This document shows positions 1 to 14,845 of a stretch of DNA of 64,000 nt, piece after piece. The notes beneath the pieces were generated by a model. It was not told the DNA's origin. It did no database searches and saw only the letters and a program-made list of their open reading frames with translations. The DNA is from Eledone cirrhosa (Eukaryota), in contig OZ024753.1 in the NCBI GenBank assembly GCA_964016885.1, positions 37,200,001 to 37,264,000 of the forward strand, in the 5' to 3' direction. Every line of letters starts with the position of its first letter. Positions within the stretch are counted from its first letter, which is position 1. Both the position numbers and the translations under genes were made by a program.

Positions 1-206
1 AAGCATTTTAAACACGATACCCTAACTAATCTCTCAATTCGTATGTATAGATTTCAGGTCTTTGGAGTCATTTCATAGCTTGGCTGTAATCTTCAAGGAC
101 TTTTTCACTTGAGGAATGAAAAATATTTCAACACGTGATTCCTAGATGGAATGTTTTATTGCGTACTTCGTTCACACGACAGTTCCACACATTCCTCCTG
201 CACAAG

Positions 207-248
<42 letters not shown>

Positions 249-249
<1 letters not shown>

Positions 250-432
250 CGGAAGAGTTGTGGTAAGGAACTAGATGGACCATAACGCACCAGAGTACTC
301 AATACTTAGGGTAGTAGAGTCGGTAATAGGAGAAAGTATGACCTCGACGGCTATTTCTGGACTAAATAGTCCAGAAATAGCCGCCGTCGAAACGGCTTGA
401 GCTCTGCCGTCGGGGGTCATACTTTCTCCTAT
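249..432. mobile_element. TA-embedded fold-back element (putative Penelope-like pLTR remnant)
   Basis: Flanked by (TA)n. 249-330 matches the terminus of the 16266-16530 element. 326-364 is inverted at 367-390 and 406-432 (taggagaaagtatgac / gtcatactttctccta). Confidence 0.6.
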
Positions 433-468
433 ATATATATATATGTGTGTTTACATGTACGTATGCGT

Positions 469-575
<107 letters not shown>

Positions 576-972
576 ATATATATACACGCACACATACACA
601 TGCACACACATATACATGCCTGTGCAGGCGCATACGTATTTGCCCTTTAAATGGCTAATGTATTACAGGTGTTTTGGTATATATATATATTCCTAGAAAC
701 CTCCGGGCAGTTGACTCTGTTTTATGTGTGAATGTGTACGTGTGATTGTAAACATATGTGTAATTGTATCTGTCTTTATTTATTTATCTATTAATATTTT
801 AAGAAGGTGGCGAGTTGACAGAATTGGTAGAGCGACGGTCGAAATACCATTGCTGTATTTGTTCTGGATCTTTATATTCTAAGTTTAAATCCCGCTGAAG
901 TCAACTTTTCTTTGCATTCTTCCTGGAGCCTAATTTAGAAATCAATATTTTGAAAAGTTTTCTTGTTTTAGT

Positions 973-1196
973 AATTGTTTCTACTTTAGGCACAAAGCCA
1001 GCAATTTTTTTTATAAGGGGAGAAGAAAGTCGATTAAATTGACCCCAGTGTATTACTGGTACTTTATTTTATCGACCGCGTAAGGATGAAAGGCAAAGCT
1101 AACCTCGGCAGGATTTGAACTCAGATAGTAAAGGCGCGTAACTCTATGCTGCAAAGCATGGCATCCGACCCTCTACCGATACTGCCCATCCACCTC
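973..1196 (-). mobile_element. tRNA-derived SINE, Meta-domain-like family
   Basis: Reverse complement shows the A box (tgggcagtatcggtag), B box (gagttcaaatcc), central gcctttcatccttacgcggtcgataaaataaagtacc and tail gtagaaacaatt shared with many copies in the window. Confidence 0.9.
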
Positions 1197-1210
1197 ATGT
1201 TAATAATGTG

Positions 1211-1335
1211 AAGGCAGATGGTTTAGTGGTTAGAGAATTGGATTCGCAATCATAAGGTTCCGAGTTCGATTCCCGGACCGGATGATGCATAATGTCCTTG
1301 AGTAAGACAATTTATTTTATGTTGCTCTTTCTGAC
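1211..1335 (+). mobile_element. tRNA-derived SINE, second family (CORE-like body)
   Basis: tggtttagtggttagag A box, gagttcgattcc B box, then tgtccttgagtaagaca. A related minus-strand copy lies at about 13090-13207. Confidence 0.75.
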
Positions 1336-1989
1336 AGGAGTTGCGACCAGTAGTTAGTATGGAAAAACCAATGGAAACATTGTTTCCTTTGTCCGATTTG
1401 AGGAGTTCTCCCCCACTCGGTAAGCAAATGAAGCCTGTGATCTTGTCAATGGATCGATCGACTATGGTGGTCGGGGTAAATATTATTAAGTGACAATTCA
1501 AAATGGAGAAAGGAATTGAGGAAACCTGGGATCTCAAAGTGAAGAACATGACCAGGGTCTCTGAGAAACACTGCTGCTGATGTAGATACGTCCATTCACT
1601 CGTGTATTTACAATCTTTATAAGCTGTTATCTTCGGAAGTTTCGAGAAAGACCCCACCATCCTATCCAGAAAAATGCGACAGTTAATATCTGTCAGAACG
1701 GTAAGCATCGGTAGCAGTCTATTAAAGCGCTTTTGAAGCTTGCCTTTAAAGATTATGGTTGTGTTTTTATGAGATTTGAAATCAAATCTGGTCCAATTGA
1801 CCGACTAACGTACTTGTGAGGGGCTGTAAGTACATCATTTACCATGACATCTGAAGAAAGGTCAGACACATCTTGTTGAAAACACACGATGCGCGTTTAA
1901 TATCTCTTTTCCACCATGATGATCTATAAATCTACACGCACGCACTCACTAACAAACATATATACACATATACATATGTGTGTGTGCTG

Positions 1990-2599
<610 letters not shown>

Positions 2600-3104
2600 T
2601 AGATAAATCTACCAAGAGTTTACGGTAGTGTCCAATCCGTATGAAGAACTCAATGTATTCCATATCATGGAAAGAAGAGATGTAATGAAAAACCACTTTC
2701 GGTGAAAGATAAACGGTATACAGAGTCAAGATAAAATATTAAACAAATAATGAATAAACAATTCCTTATATTAAACAAAAAAAGTTCATTATTTAACGAT
2801 CGTTTCTAGGATATATATGTGTTAGAATTGGTATGCATATTCAACAGATCTATGTACAAAATTATACAAAATTATACAAATTATCAAGATTAAATATACA
2901 TACCAAACACATATATACGCCGTCTTCAGAAATAATGAAGTATATTAATCTTGATAATTTGTATAATTTTGTATAATTTTGTACATAGATCTGTTGAATA
3001 TGCATACCAATTCTAACACATATATATCCTAGAAACGATCGTTAAATAATGAACTTTTTTTGTTTAATATAAGGAATTGTTTATTCATTATTTGTTTAAT
3101 ATTT

Positions 3105-3107
<3 letters not shown>
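2600..3107 (-). mobile_element. TA-embedded HHR-bearing element with inverted partial duplication (Penelope-like pLTR)
   Basis: About 160-bp near-perfect inverted arms (~2731-2893 and ~2944-3107), (TA)n on both sides, HHR on the minus strand. Confidence 0.75.
2785..2939 (-). ncRNA. Type I hammerhead ribozyme with very long stem II
   Basis: Minus strand: ttcattattt CTGAAGA cgg...[tatatatgtgtt/aacacatatata; tggtatgtatatt/aatatgcatacca]...ccta GAAAC gatc GTT aaataatgaa. 10-bp stem I and palindromic stem III. Confidence 0.75.
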
Positions 3108-6092
<2,985 letters not shown>

Positions 6093-6094
6093 AA

Positions 6095-6280
6095 ACCACA
6101 GACCCTACATCTCAACTCTACTTTTGAAAAGCAGAAGAACTGCGAAACCGGTAAAGGAACCAAATAAATATATATATATTTTTTTAAAAATAAGACTCGA
6201 TTTCATCTTTTTTTCTTTATACTTTCACTCGTGTAGGACACCTCGGTTATTTTTCATTTTGTAAAAAAACACTCACTTTC

Positions 6281-6283
<3 letters not shown>
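6095..6283 (+). mobile_element. TA-embedded element (same family as 16266-16530) with U3-A8 minimal HHR-like motif at 6121-6156
   Basis: Aligns with the reverse complement of 16266-16440. Motif: ctt TTGAAAA gcag aagaa ctgc GAAAC cg GTA aag. Confidence 0.7.
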
Positions 6284-6320
<37 letters not shown>

Positions 6321-6823
6321 ATGTGTGGGAGTGCGTGTGTTTCTGTTTGTATGTTCGAGTATAAATAGCGATGGAACAATTACAGTAACAGCCCCGTGTG
6401 TGCGAAGTAGGGTAAGCAGTGCACATTGTCTGCAGGGATGAAGGGACTGTTAAAGAAATATCGTATTCCAAAGGGGGCTTATACTATTTTTTTTCTCCCC
6501 ACAGGTTTCCATTTCAAAAAGGAGTGACTTTGTGATATATGTCTTCATGTTAAGAAATTGCATACACTTTACTTTCCTCTGCTTATAGTTACAGTGCTTA
6601 TGGATTTATCTTACAAAGAAAATCTATTTTCAATATATTCCAGAGACTGGCAGATTTCTTGATGAAATTTAAAATTTACGAGATCTTGATAAATAAATCA
6701 GAGGACTGTGGTGACAGTTATTTTACTTTGTTTTGCTTTTATTATATATTTTATGATTATATATTTTATTATATATATTATATATTTTATGATTATATAT
6801 TTTATTATATATTTTATGATTAA

Positions 6824-7250
6824 CAGTGGATTGGCAGTATCGGTAGAGGGTCGGACGCCATGCTTTGACGCATAGAGTTACGGCCCTTGCCATTCTGAGT
6901 TCAAATCCCACCGAGGTTAACTTTGCCTTTCATCCTTATGGGGTCGATAAAATAAAGTACCAGTAATACACTGGGTAATTTGCTGGCCTTGTGCCTAAAG
7001 TAGAAACAATTATATATTTTATGAGGGAGTGGATTGGCAGGATCGGTAGAGCGTTGAATAATATGCTTTGTGGTGTGAGTTGCGTCACTTTCCATCGCTT
7101 TTCGTTCTGGGTTCAAATCCTGCCGAAGTTAAATTTGCCTTTCAACCTTATGCGGTCGATAAAATAAAGTACCAGTAATGCACTACGGTCCTTTTAATCG
7201 ATTGTCTCCTCCTCTGAAATGTTTGGTCATGTACCTAAATCAGAAACATT
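6824..7250 (+). mobile_element. Two adjacent Meta-like tRNA SINEs (6824-7010, 7026-7250)
   Basis: A box, B box, gcctttca...gtcgataaaataaagtacc core and agaaaca tail in each. Confidence 0.88.
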
Positions 7251-7545
7251 ATATATGCATGTATGTATGTGTTTGTATGAAAGTATGTACATATGTATAT
7301 ATGCATACGTGTATGCATTTATGTATGTATGTATGGGAAAGTACCAACCTAGTGAGCTTATGTACATACATAGTAGATATATAGATACATACATATATAC
7401 ATACATAGATATATACATACATATAGACATACATACATACATATATACATATATACATACATACATACAAACGTGATGGCTAATAAGGGGGTACCCATCA
7501 TGTGTGTATATATGTATATATGCATATGTGTATGAATTTATGTAT

Positions 7546-8223
7546 GTTCTTCTGGTTTTATAATTTCACAAAGTTTTACCATTAGAGAGAGAGTCGGTTT
7601 CTAACATAGACACAAGACTCTCTCATTGGAATTTACACAACATCAACTAGATAGATATGTATGTATGCATGTGTAGATATGGATGTTATTGAATGTGTGG
7701 ATGTGTATATTTTGAGTTGTATGTGTGCATGTGTATATGCTTTGTATCTTTACATGTGTATATGCAGTTATTAGATGCAAAGTTTTTGGAATGTTTTACA
7801 TATTTTTACTGTTCCATTAATGGATTGTACTTGTAGTTTCCTAACTAGTTGTGTTCTTTCTGTTCCTGTGAAGCCTAGCTTCTCAAGATTTGTATTGAGG
7901 CAGTTACTAACATATCCCAGTGCCCCAATAATCACAAGCATAAATCTGAAGGTGTAATCAGGGTGGAGTATCTGCAGATTTCTCATCAGTTCTGCATAAA
8001 TATTCTCCTTTTCACTAATTTTTGATATTATATTGGCATCTGCTGGGCAGCTAATTTCCACTACTGTGTATGTTTTGTTCTCCCTGTCCCATATCATAAT
8101 ATCTGGTCTGTTATGCCTGCATTTTATTGGGGTTTTTACTGGAACATTCCACCAGTACTCTTTCATATTATGTACATAGATGTCTTCCACATTGCTGTAG
8201 CTTTTAATGTGTTTATTATCGGA
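7546..8223 (-). mobile_element. 5'-truncated R4/Dong-like non-LTR retrotransposon (RLE domain plus 3' UTR)
   Basis: 7771-8222 encodes EYWWN...HNRPDIMIWD...VVEISCP...K..EKENIY...IIGALG...KICKTF, a PD-(D/E)xK restriction-like endonuclease. Both ends abut (CATA)n/(TATG)n. Confidence 0.88.
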
Positions 8224-8372
8224 ATATGTATGTATGTGTGGATGTATGTATGTATGGGAAAATACCAACCTAGTGAGTTTATATGCATGCATACATACAT
8301 ACATACATACATACATACATACATACATACATACATACATACATACATACATACATACATACATACATACAT

Positions 8373-9554
8373 ACTTATGCTGTGCCAATTCTAACGCCAA
8401 CATTTGGCCTACTGAACTGGTCATTGCAAGAACTAAGTGAGATGGATGTTAGAACTCGAAAACTTCTCAGTGTTACTGGCAACTTTAACATCAATAGTGA
8501 TGTGGATAGGCTATACTTCTCACGCAAGGAAGGTGGCCGGGGTCTAAAATCAATATTAACAACATATGAGACCCGGATAGTAACACTGAAGCAACACCTT
8601 CAACAGAGGAAAAAGGTTGGCAACCATCTTGCCCAGGTTTATGAGCATGAAAAAAGAAATATCATTAGAATAGCGACTGATCTGGAGGAGGGATATGGAA
8701 TAAAGCCTGATATAAATCTCTCACCCAGAGAAATCGGAAGATCCTATTCAATGTTCAAACAAGATAAGAAAATTGACCAATTTACAGAAAAAGTTGTGCA
8801 TGGATACTTGAGGCGTAAAACACAGACCATAGAGGGGATAAACCACTCAAAAAGCCTGGCATGGAGTTCCGACAAGTTTATGACATCACACATTGAGGGA
8901 TATCTCTATGCAATACAGGAACAAGAACTCCCTACCAAATATCTGCTGCACAAAAGAGGAGGGCCAGCAGCTGACAATAAATGTAGGCTATGTAAAACAA
9001 AGATCGAGGATGTAAGCCACATTGTTGCCAGCTGCGAAAGAATGTCATCTCGCTACTACCTCCCCATGAGACACGATGGGATAGCTAGAACCATCTGGAA
9101 CGCACTTCGGAAAACAAAATTAACAACAAACGAGGAAGAATATATTGAGACAGATGGCACTAAGGAATACTGGTGGAACCTGAAAATAAAAACTGCCACC
9201 AAATTAAAGCACAACCGGCCTGATATTGTAGTTTGGGACCACACATTGAAAACGTGTTCTGTTGTGGAGATCAGCTGCCCACTTGATGTAAACGTTGTCA
9301 GAAAAATACAGGAGAAGGAGGACATCTACGGACCATTGATGAGGAGTTTACAAATCCAGTATCCAAGATACACCTTTAGCTTCATACCCATCATTATTGG
9401 AGCTACGGGTTATATACCAACCCGCTTGGACCAAAGTATGACCGAACTTGGATTTGCGGACAAAAAGCGCAGCTCCCTAATTCATAGTCTACAAATGGCT
9501 GCGATAGCTGGCACCTTCAAAATATGCAAAACATTCTTGCGATTCAAGGGATGA
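8373..9554 (+). CDS. R4/Dong-like LINE ORF C-terminal part (RT thumb, CCHC zinc knuckle, RLE endonuclease), 5'-truncated
   Basis: Uninterrupted frame: RLY..RKEGGRGL; CRLC..KIEDVSHIVASC; RHD; HNRPDIVVWD; VEISCP; EKEDIY. The N-terminal HTYI repeats of the listed ORF are microsatellite. Confidence 0.92.
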   Translation, partial: TYAVPILTPTFGLLNWSLQELSEMDVRTRKLLSVTGNFNINSDVDRLYFSRKEGGRGLKSILTTYETRIVTLKQHLQQRKKVGNHLAQVYEHEKRNIIRIATDLEEGYGIKPDINLSPREIGRSYSMFKQDKKIDQFTEKVVHGYLRRKTQTIEGINHSKSLAWSSDKFMTSHIEGYLYAIQEQELPTKYLLHKRGGPAADNKCRLCKTKIEDVSHIVASCERMSSRYYLPMRHDGIARTIWNALRKTKLTTNEEEYIETDGTKEYWWNLKIKTATKLKHNRPDIVVWDHTLKTCSVVEISCPLDVNVVRKIQEKEDIYGPLMRSLQIQYPRYTFSFIPIIIGATGYIPTRLDQSMTELGFADKKRSSLIHSLQMAAIAGTFKICKTFLRFKG

Positions 9555-9635
9555 CAATTTCTTTTCTTTTACAACCTTGCCACCAGGAAGGTGGCCGGTC
9601 AAAAAAATATACTCGAAATTAAGAGAAAGAGAAAA
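8373..9635 (+). mobile_element. R4/Dong-like retrotransposon inserted in (CATA)n
   Basis: The ORF above plus an ~80-bp 3' UTR. Both junctions are directly in CATA repeats. Confidence 0.88.
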
Positions 9636-10375
9636 CATACATGTATGCATACATACATACATACATACATGATGGCTAACGTGGGGGCAGCCATCATGTT
9701 TGTATGTATGTATGTATGTATGTATGTATGTATGTATGTATGCATACATGTATGGATATATGTATGTATATGTATGTATGTATATAAATTCACTAGGTTG
9801 GTATTTTCCCATCGATGTTCCCGCTAAACATCAGACTGACGACTGATTAAATTTCGAAGCAAGACCCCCCCCCCCCCCCCAAAAAAAAAATGTCACAAAT
9901 ATTTTCTTTGTATGTCTAGGTCAACACGATAGTAGAAAAAGTAGTCTCATTTTATAGTTTCGTAGGTCACGTAGCAAACTTATTTACTATTTAATACAGA
10001 ATAAATCTAATTTTCATCTTGAGTAAATCAGCTTTCTAGAACAATTATTAAATGAATTCGAGTTAATACATAATAATTGTTTCTACGTTTTAGCATAAGG
10101 CCAGCAATTACCCAGTACATATATATATTAAAATAACATTAATGTTTAAGCAAAGAATCTTTGCTTATCGAGGCCTCTTCGGATTTTATTCTTCACATTT
10201 ATTATTATTACTATATATATAGTAATAATAATGTATGTATGTATGTATATATATATATATATATGTGTGTGTGAAAAAATGGGGAGAAGAATACTGCATG
10301 GTTGCACATGGATAACATGTTATAAACTGAGTCCCTCATCAGTGATTTACCAACGGTCATAGGTATTTCATTGCA

Positions 10376-10549
10376 TTGGCAGTATCGGTAGAGGGTTTGA
10401 CGCCATGCTTTCCAGTATAGTTACGTCCCTTTACGATCTGAGTTCAAATCCCGCCGAGGTTGACTTTGCCTTTCATCCTTACGGGGTCGATAAAATAAAG
10501 TACCAGTAATGCACTGGGTAATTGCTGGCCTTGTGCCTAAAGTAGAAAC

Positions 10550-10552
<3 letters not shown>
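10376..10552 (+). mobile_element. Meta-like tRNA SINE
   Basis: Near-identical to the array units at 48439-50090. Confidence 0.92.
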
Positions 10553-10600
<48 letters not shown>

Positions 10601-11310
10601 CATACATACAATCATACATACATATATGTATGTATGTATGTATTTATATACACACACATTTAGTGTGAGATAGTGTGACATTCATTGTTTTCTCAAACAC
10701 ACATAAATTTGACATTAATGCCGCTGATATGCCATTGGAATGAGCAGAACTGGAAAGACGTCTGATAAAATAGCTGGCGATATTTAGTATCTTGCAGAAT
10801 TTTATTTTAGTATCTGGCAGTGGGATGGACTCTTACAATTTCTGCCACCAACTCTCTCCCCCTTTCCAATTCCTCTAATATTGTAATCATGGCTAGATAG
10901 ATCTAGAAGATATTATTAATAGTGACACTATTTATGTAGAAAGAGATTACATTTTATCTGTCAACGATATGGACGGGGTCAACGTTCAACAAAGAAACTT
11001 GTTGAGATCTAATTAGGAGTTCAAACTCTCTTGCTGCTTGTTTTTATATTTGATTTGTTTTCTTTTTTCTACATTTCATTACAAAAGGATATCACAATAT
11101 AAAAACTCTAATTAAAATGGTCAACCTTGCATTTCATCTTTTCGAGACCGATAAAATAAAGTATTAAGTTCCAGGCAAGTACTGGGGTTAGTTTCATCAA
11201 CATTACCCCAGCCTCTAAAATGCGCTAGCTTTGTGTCTAAATTAGAAGTCGTTTTTAAGTGTTGTGTTTTGTGTTTTGCCCTGGGAGCAAATCCTGACGA
11301 GGTCGACATA

Positions 11311-11540
11311 GATTTTTATTTTTCCAGTGTCGACGAGATTTTCTTTTTCCAGTGTTGACGAAATTTTTATTTTTCCAGTGTCGACGAGATTTTGTTTTTC
11401 CAGTGTTGACGAAATTTTTATTTTTCCAGTGTCGACGAAATTTTTATTTTTCCAGTTTCGACGAGATTTTGTTTTTCCAGTGTTGATGAAATTTTTATTT
11501 TTTCAGTGTCGACATAGATTTTTATTTTTCCACTGTCGAT
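11311..11540. repeat. ~25-bp minisatellite (atttttatttttccagtgtcgacgag), about 9 units
   Basis: Direct tandem repetition. Confidence 0.9.
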
Positions 11541-12035
11541 GCCGAATCAATTACAAGACACCAATCAATATTTGGATTCAATTTATTCAAATGTTCTCTA
11601 GTCAAATATTTATATGAAAGACGAAGCTAAATCTGTTCCATCCAGGCTTTAGGAATTTTCTCGTTTGTTTGCTTCTCACCATCACAAGAAGGTTCGATAG
11701 TGAAGTCACTGCCATATTTTTATTCAGAAAAAAAAAATAGTTAACACTCTATTGACACGTGTTGAGTGCTCATTCAGTTAATGTTTCGGTGTTATAAGTA
11801 CTATTGTACATTAAAGTCTCATTCTAATACATACATAATACATACATACACACACTTGTAAATGCATAGATAAATAAATGTTTATTTAAAAGCATATGTT
11901 TTTATGTTGTGTACGCGAATGCAAACGTACTACACACACACACATACACACACACACACACATATTTATATACATATGTACGTGTGTGCATATCAAAAAC
12001 ATCTACAAGACAGGACGCATAAATGTTTTTTCCTG

Positions 12036-12088
<53 letters not shown>

Positions 12089-12345
12089 AGACGTCTAAAC
12101 ACTTGACCACTAATGAAGATATATCTAAGTCGATGTCATTAATGATATGACGACTGGCTACTTCTCAATTGACTACAAATATCACACATCCTGTTTACTT
12201 GTGAGAGTGCTGCCCTGTTGTGTAACATCATTTCTCAAAGTAAGTTTTAGACACTGATGGAAAAGAACACATCACATGTTCCGATCCGTGCCATGAAGGA
12301 GACGCCATAAGCTTCGTGTTTTCCTGAGTTAGTATCTCTGTACTG

Positions 12346-12429
<84 letters not shown>

Positions 12430-12439
12430 ATATATATAT

Positions 12440-12586
12440 CTAGGGCGGGTAAAATTCCCGAGATCCATGGACGAGTTGTCTGCAGCGGTCTCTGTCCCTC
12501 ATTATCGCTGCCATGTCCTGCGTCTCCAACAGACCAGTGTCTGTCTTTAGGGCATCAACATACGTTAACCTGGGTCTTCCTTTTGC
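12440..12586 (-). mobile_element. RTE-like LINE 3' end in (TA)n
   Basis: Minus frame KGRPRLTYVDALKTDTGL...IMRDRDRCRQLV...stop, a typical RTE-clade ORF terminus. Confidence 0.75.
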
Positions 12587-12589
12587 ATA

Positions 12590-12685
12590 TATATACAATA
12601 TATATATTATATATTATATATATATTATATATTATATATATTATATATATATTCAATATCTATATATTATATATATATATATACA

Positions 12686-12716
<31 letters not shown>

Positions 12717-13375
12717 ATATATATATATATATTATATATATATACAATATATATATACAATATATATATATATTATATATATATACAATATATATATATA
12801 TACAATATATATATATATACAATATATATATATATTATATATATATACAATATATAAATATATAAATATATATATATATATATTATATATATATACAATA
12901 TATAAATATATATAAATATATATTATATATATATATACAATATATATATACATATATATATATATATTATATATATATATATATATATCGACAGTCGATC
13001 GACTTTCGTCAAATCGGACCGAAGAAACAATGTTCCGTCGGTCTTTCCAGTTGCTAATACTATCTATCGGTCGCAACTCCAGGTAGAAGGAACAACGTGA
13101 AATAAAGTGTCTTGCTCAAGGACATAACGCATCACCTGGTCCAGAAATTGAACTCACAACCTCAAGATTGTGAATTCAATTCTCTACCCACTCAGCCACA
13201 CGCCTTCATATAATAATATATATTATATATATATACAATATATATATATACAATATATATATATATACAATATATATATATATATTATATATATATACAA
13301 TATATATATTATATATATATACAATATATATATTATATATATATATACAATATATATACAATATATATATATACA

Positions 13376-13406
<31 letters not shown>

Positions 13407-13607
13407 ATACAATATATATATATATATATTATATATATATATACAATATATATATATACAATATATATATATATTATATATATATACAATATATATATAT
13501 ACAATATATATATATATTATATATATATACAATATATATATATACAATATATATTATATATTATATAAATATATATATATACAATATATATATATATATA
13601 TTATATA

Positions 13608-13650
<43 letters not shown>

Positions 13651-13659
13651 ATATATATA

Positions 13660-13700
<41 letters not shown>

Positions 13701-14773
13701 ATATATATATATATTATATATTATATATATATATACAATATATATATATATATTATATATTATATATATATACAATATATATATATATATTATATATTAT
13801 ATATATATATACAATATATATATATTATATATATATACAATATATATATATATTATATATTATATATATATATTATATATTATATATATATATACAATAT
13901 ATATATATTATATATATATACAATATATATATATTATATATTATATATATATATTATATATTATATATATATATACAATATATATATATTATATATATAT
14001 ACAATATATATATATATTATATATTATATATATATATTATATATTATATATATATATACAATATATATATATTATATATATACAATATATATATATATTA
14101 TATATTATATATATATATTCTATTTATATATTATATATATATACAATATATATATATATTATATATTATATATATATATTCTATTTATATATTATATATA
14201 TATATACAATATATATATATATATTATATATTATATATATATATACAATATATATATATATATTATATATTATATATATATATACAATATATATATATAT
14301 TATATATTATATATATATATACAATATATATATATATAGAATATATATATATATATATATTATATTATATATATAATATTTTTATATTATATATATATAT
14401 ATATACAATATATATATATATTATATATTATATATATATATATACTATTTATATATTATATATATATATATATATTATATATTATATATATATATATTAT
14501 ATATTATATATATATATATATATATTGTATATATATATATATTGTATATATATATATATATTGTATATATATATATATATTGTATATATATATATATATT
14601 GTATATATATATATATTGTATATATATATATATTGTATATATATATATATATATTGTATATATATATATATTGTATATATATATATATATATTGTATATA
14701 TATATATATATTGTATATATATATATATATTGTATATATATATATATTGTATATATATATATATAATATATAT

Positions 14774-14811
<38 letters not shown>

Positions 14812-14812
14812 C
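12590..14812. repeat. (TA)n microsatellite with caa/tt interruptions, containing a SINE-bearing island at 12988-13207
   Basis: Direct reading. Confidence 0.95.
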
Positions 14813-14845
14813 AAAAGAGAGAGATAAATAGATAGATAGATAGAT

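Noticed and set aside
1250-1900. Host exon in unique sequence (152-aa minus ORF)
   Set aside because: No recognisable motif, and the ORF runs into a SINE.
8253-9812. DNA transposon with ~30-bp TIRs around the RLE ORF
   Set aside because: The ORF is a non-LTR retrotransposon protein, and the flanking motif also occurs alone at 7333, so it is a separate repeat end.
12095-12347. Hammerhead in TA-flanked island (CTGATGG...)
   Set aside because: No GAAA half or stem I could be assigned.
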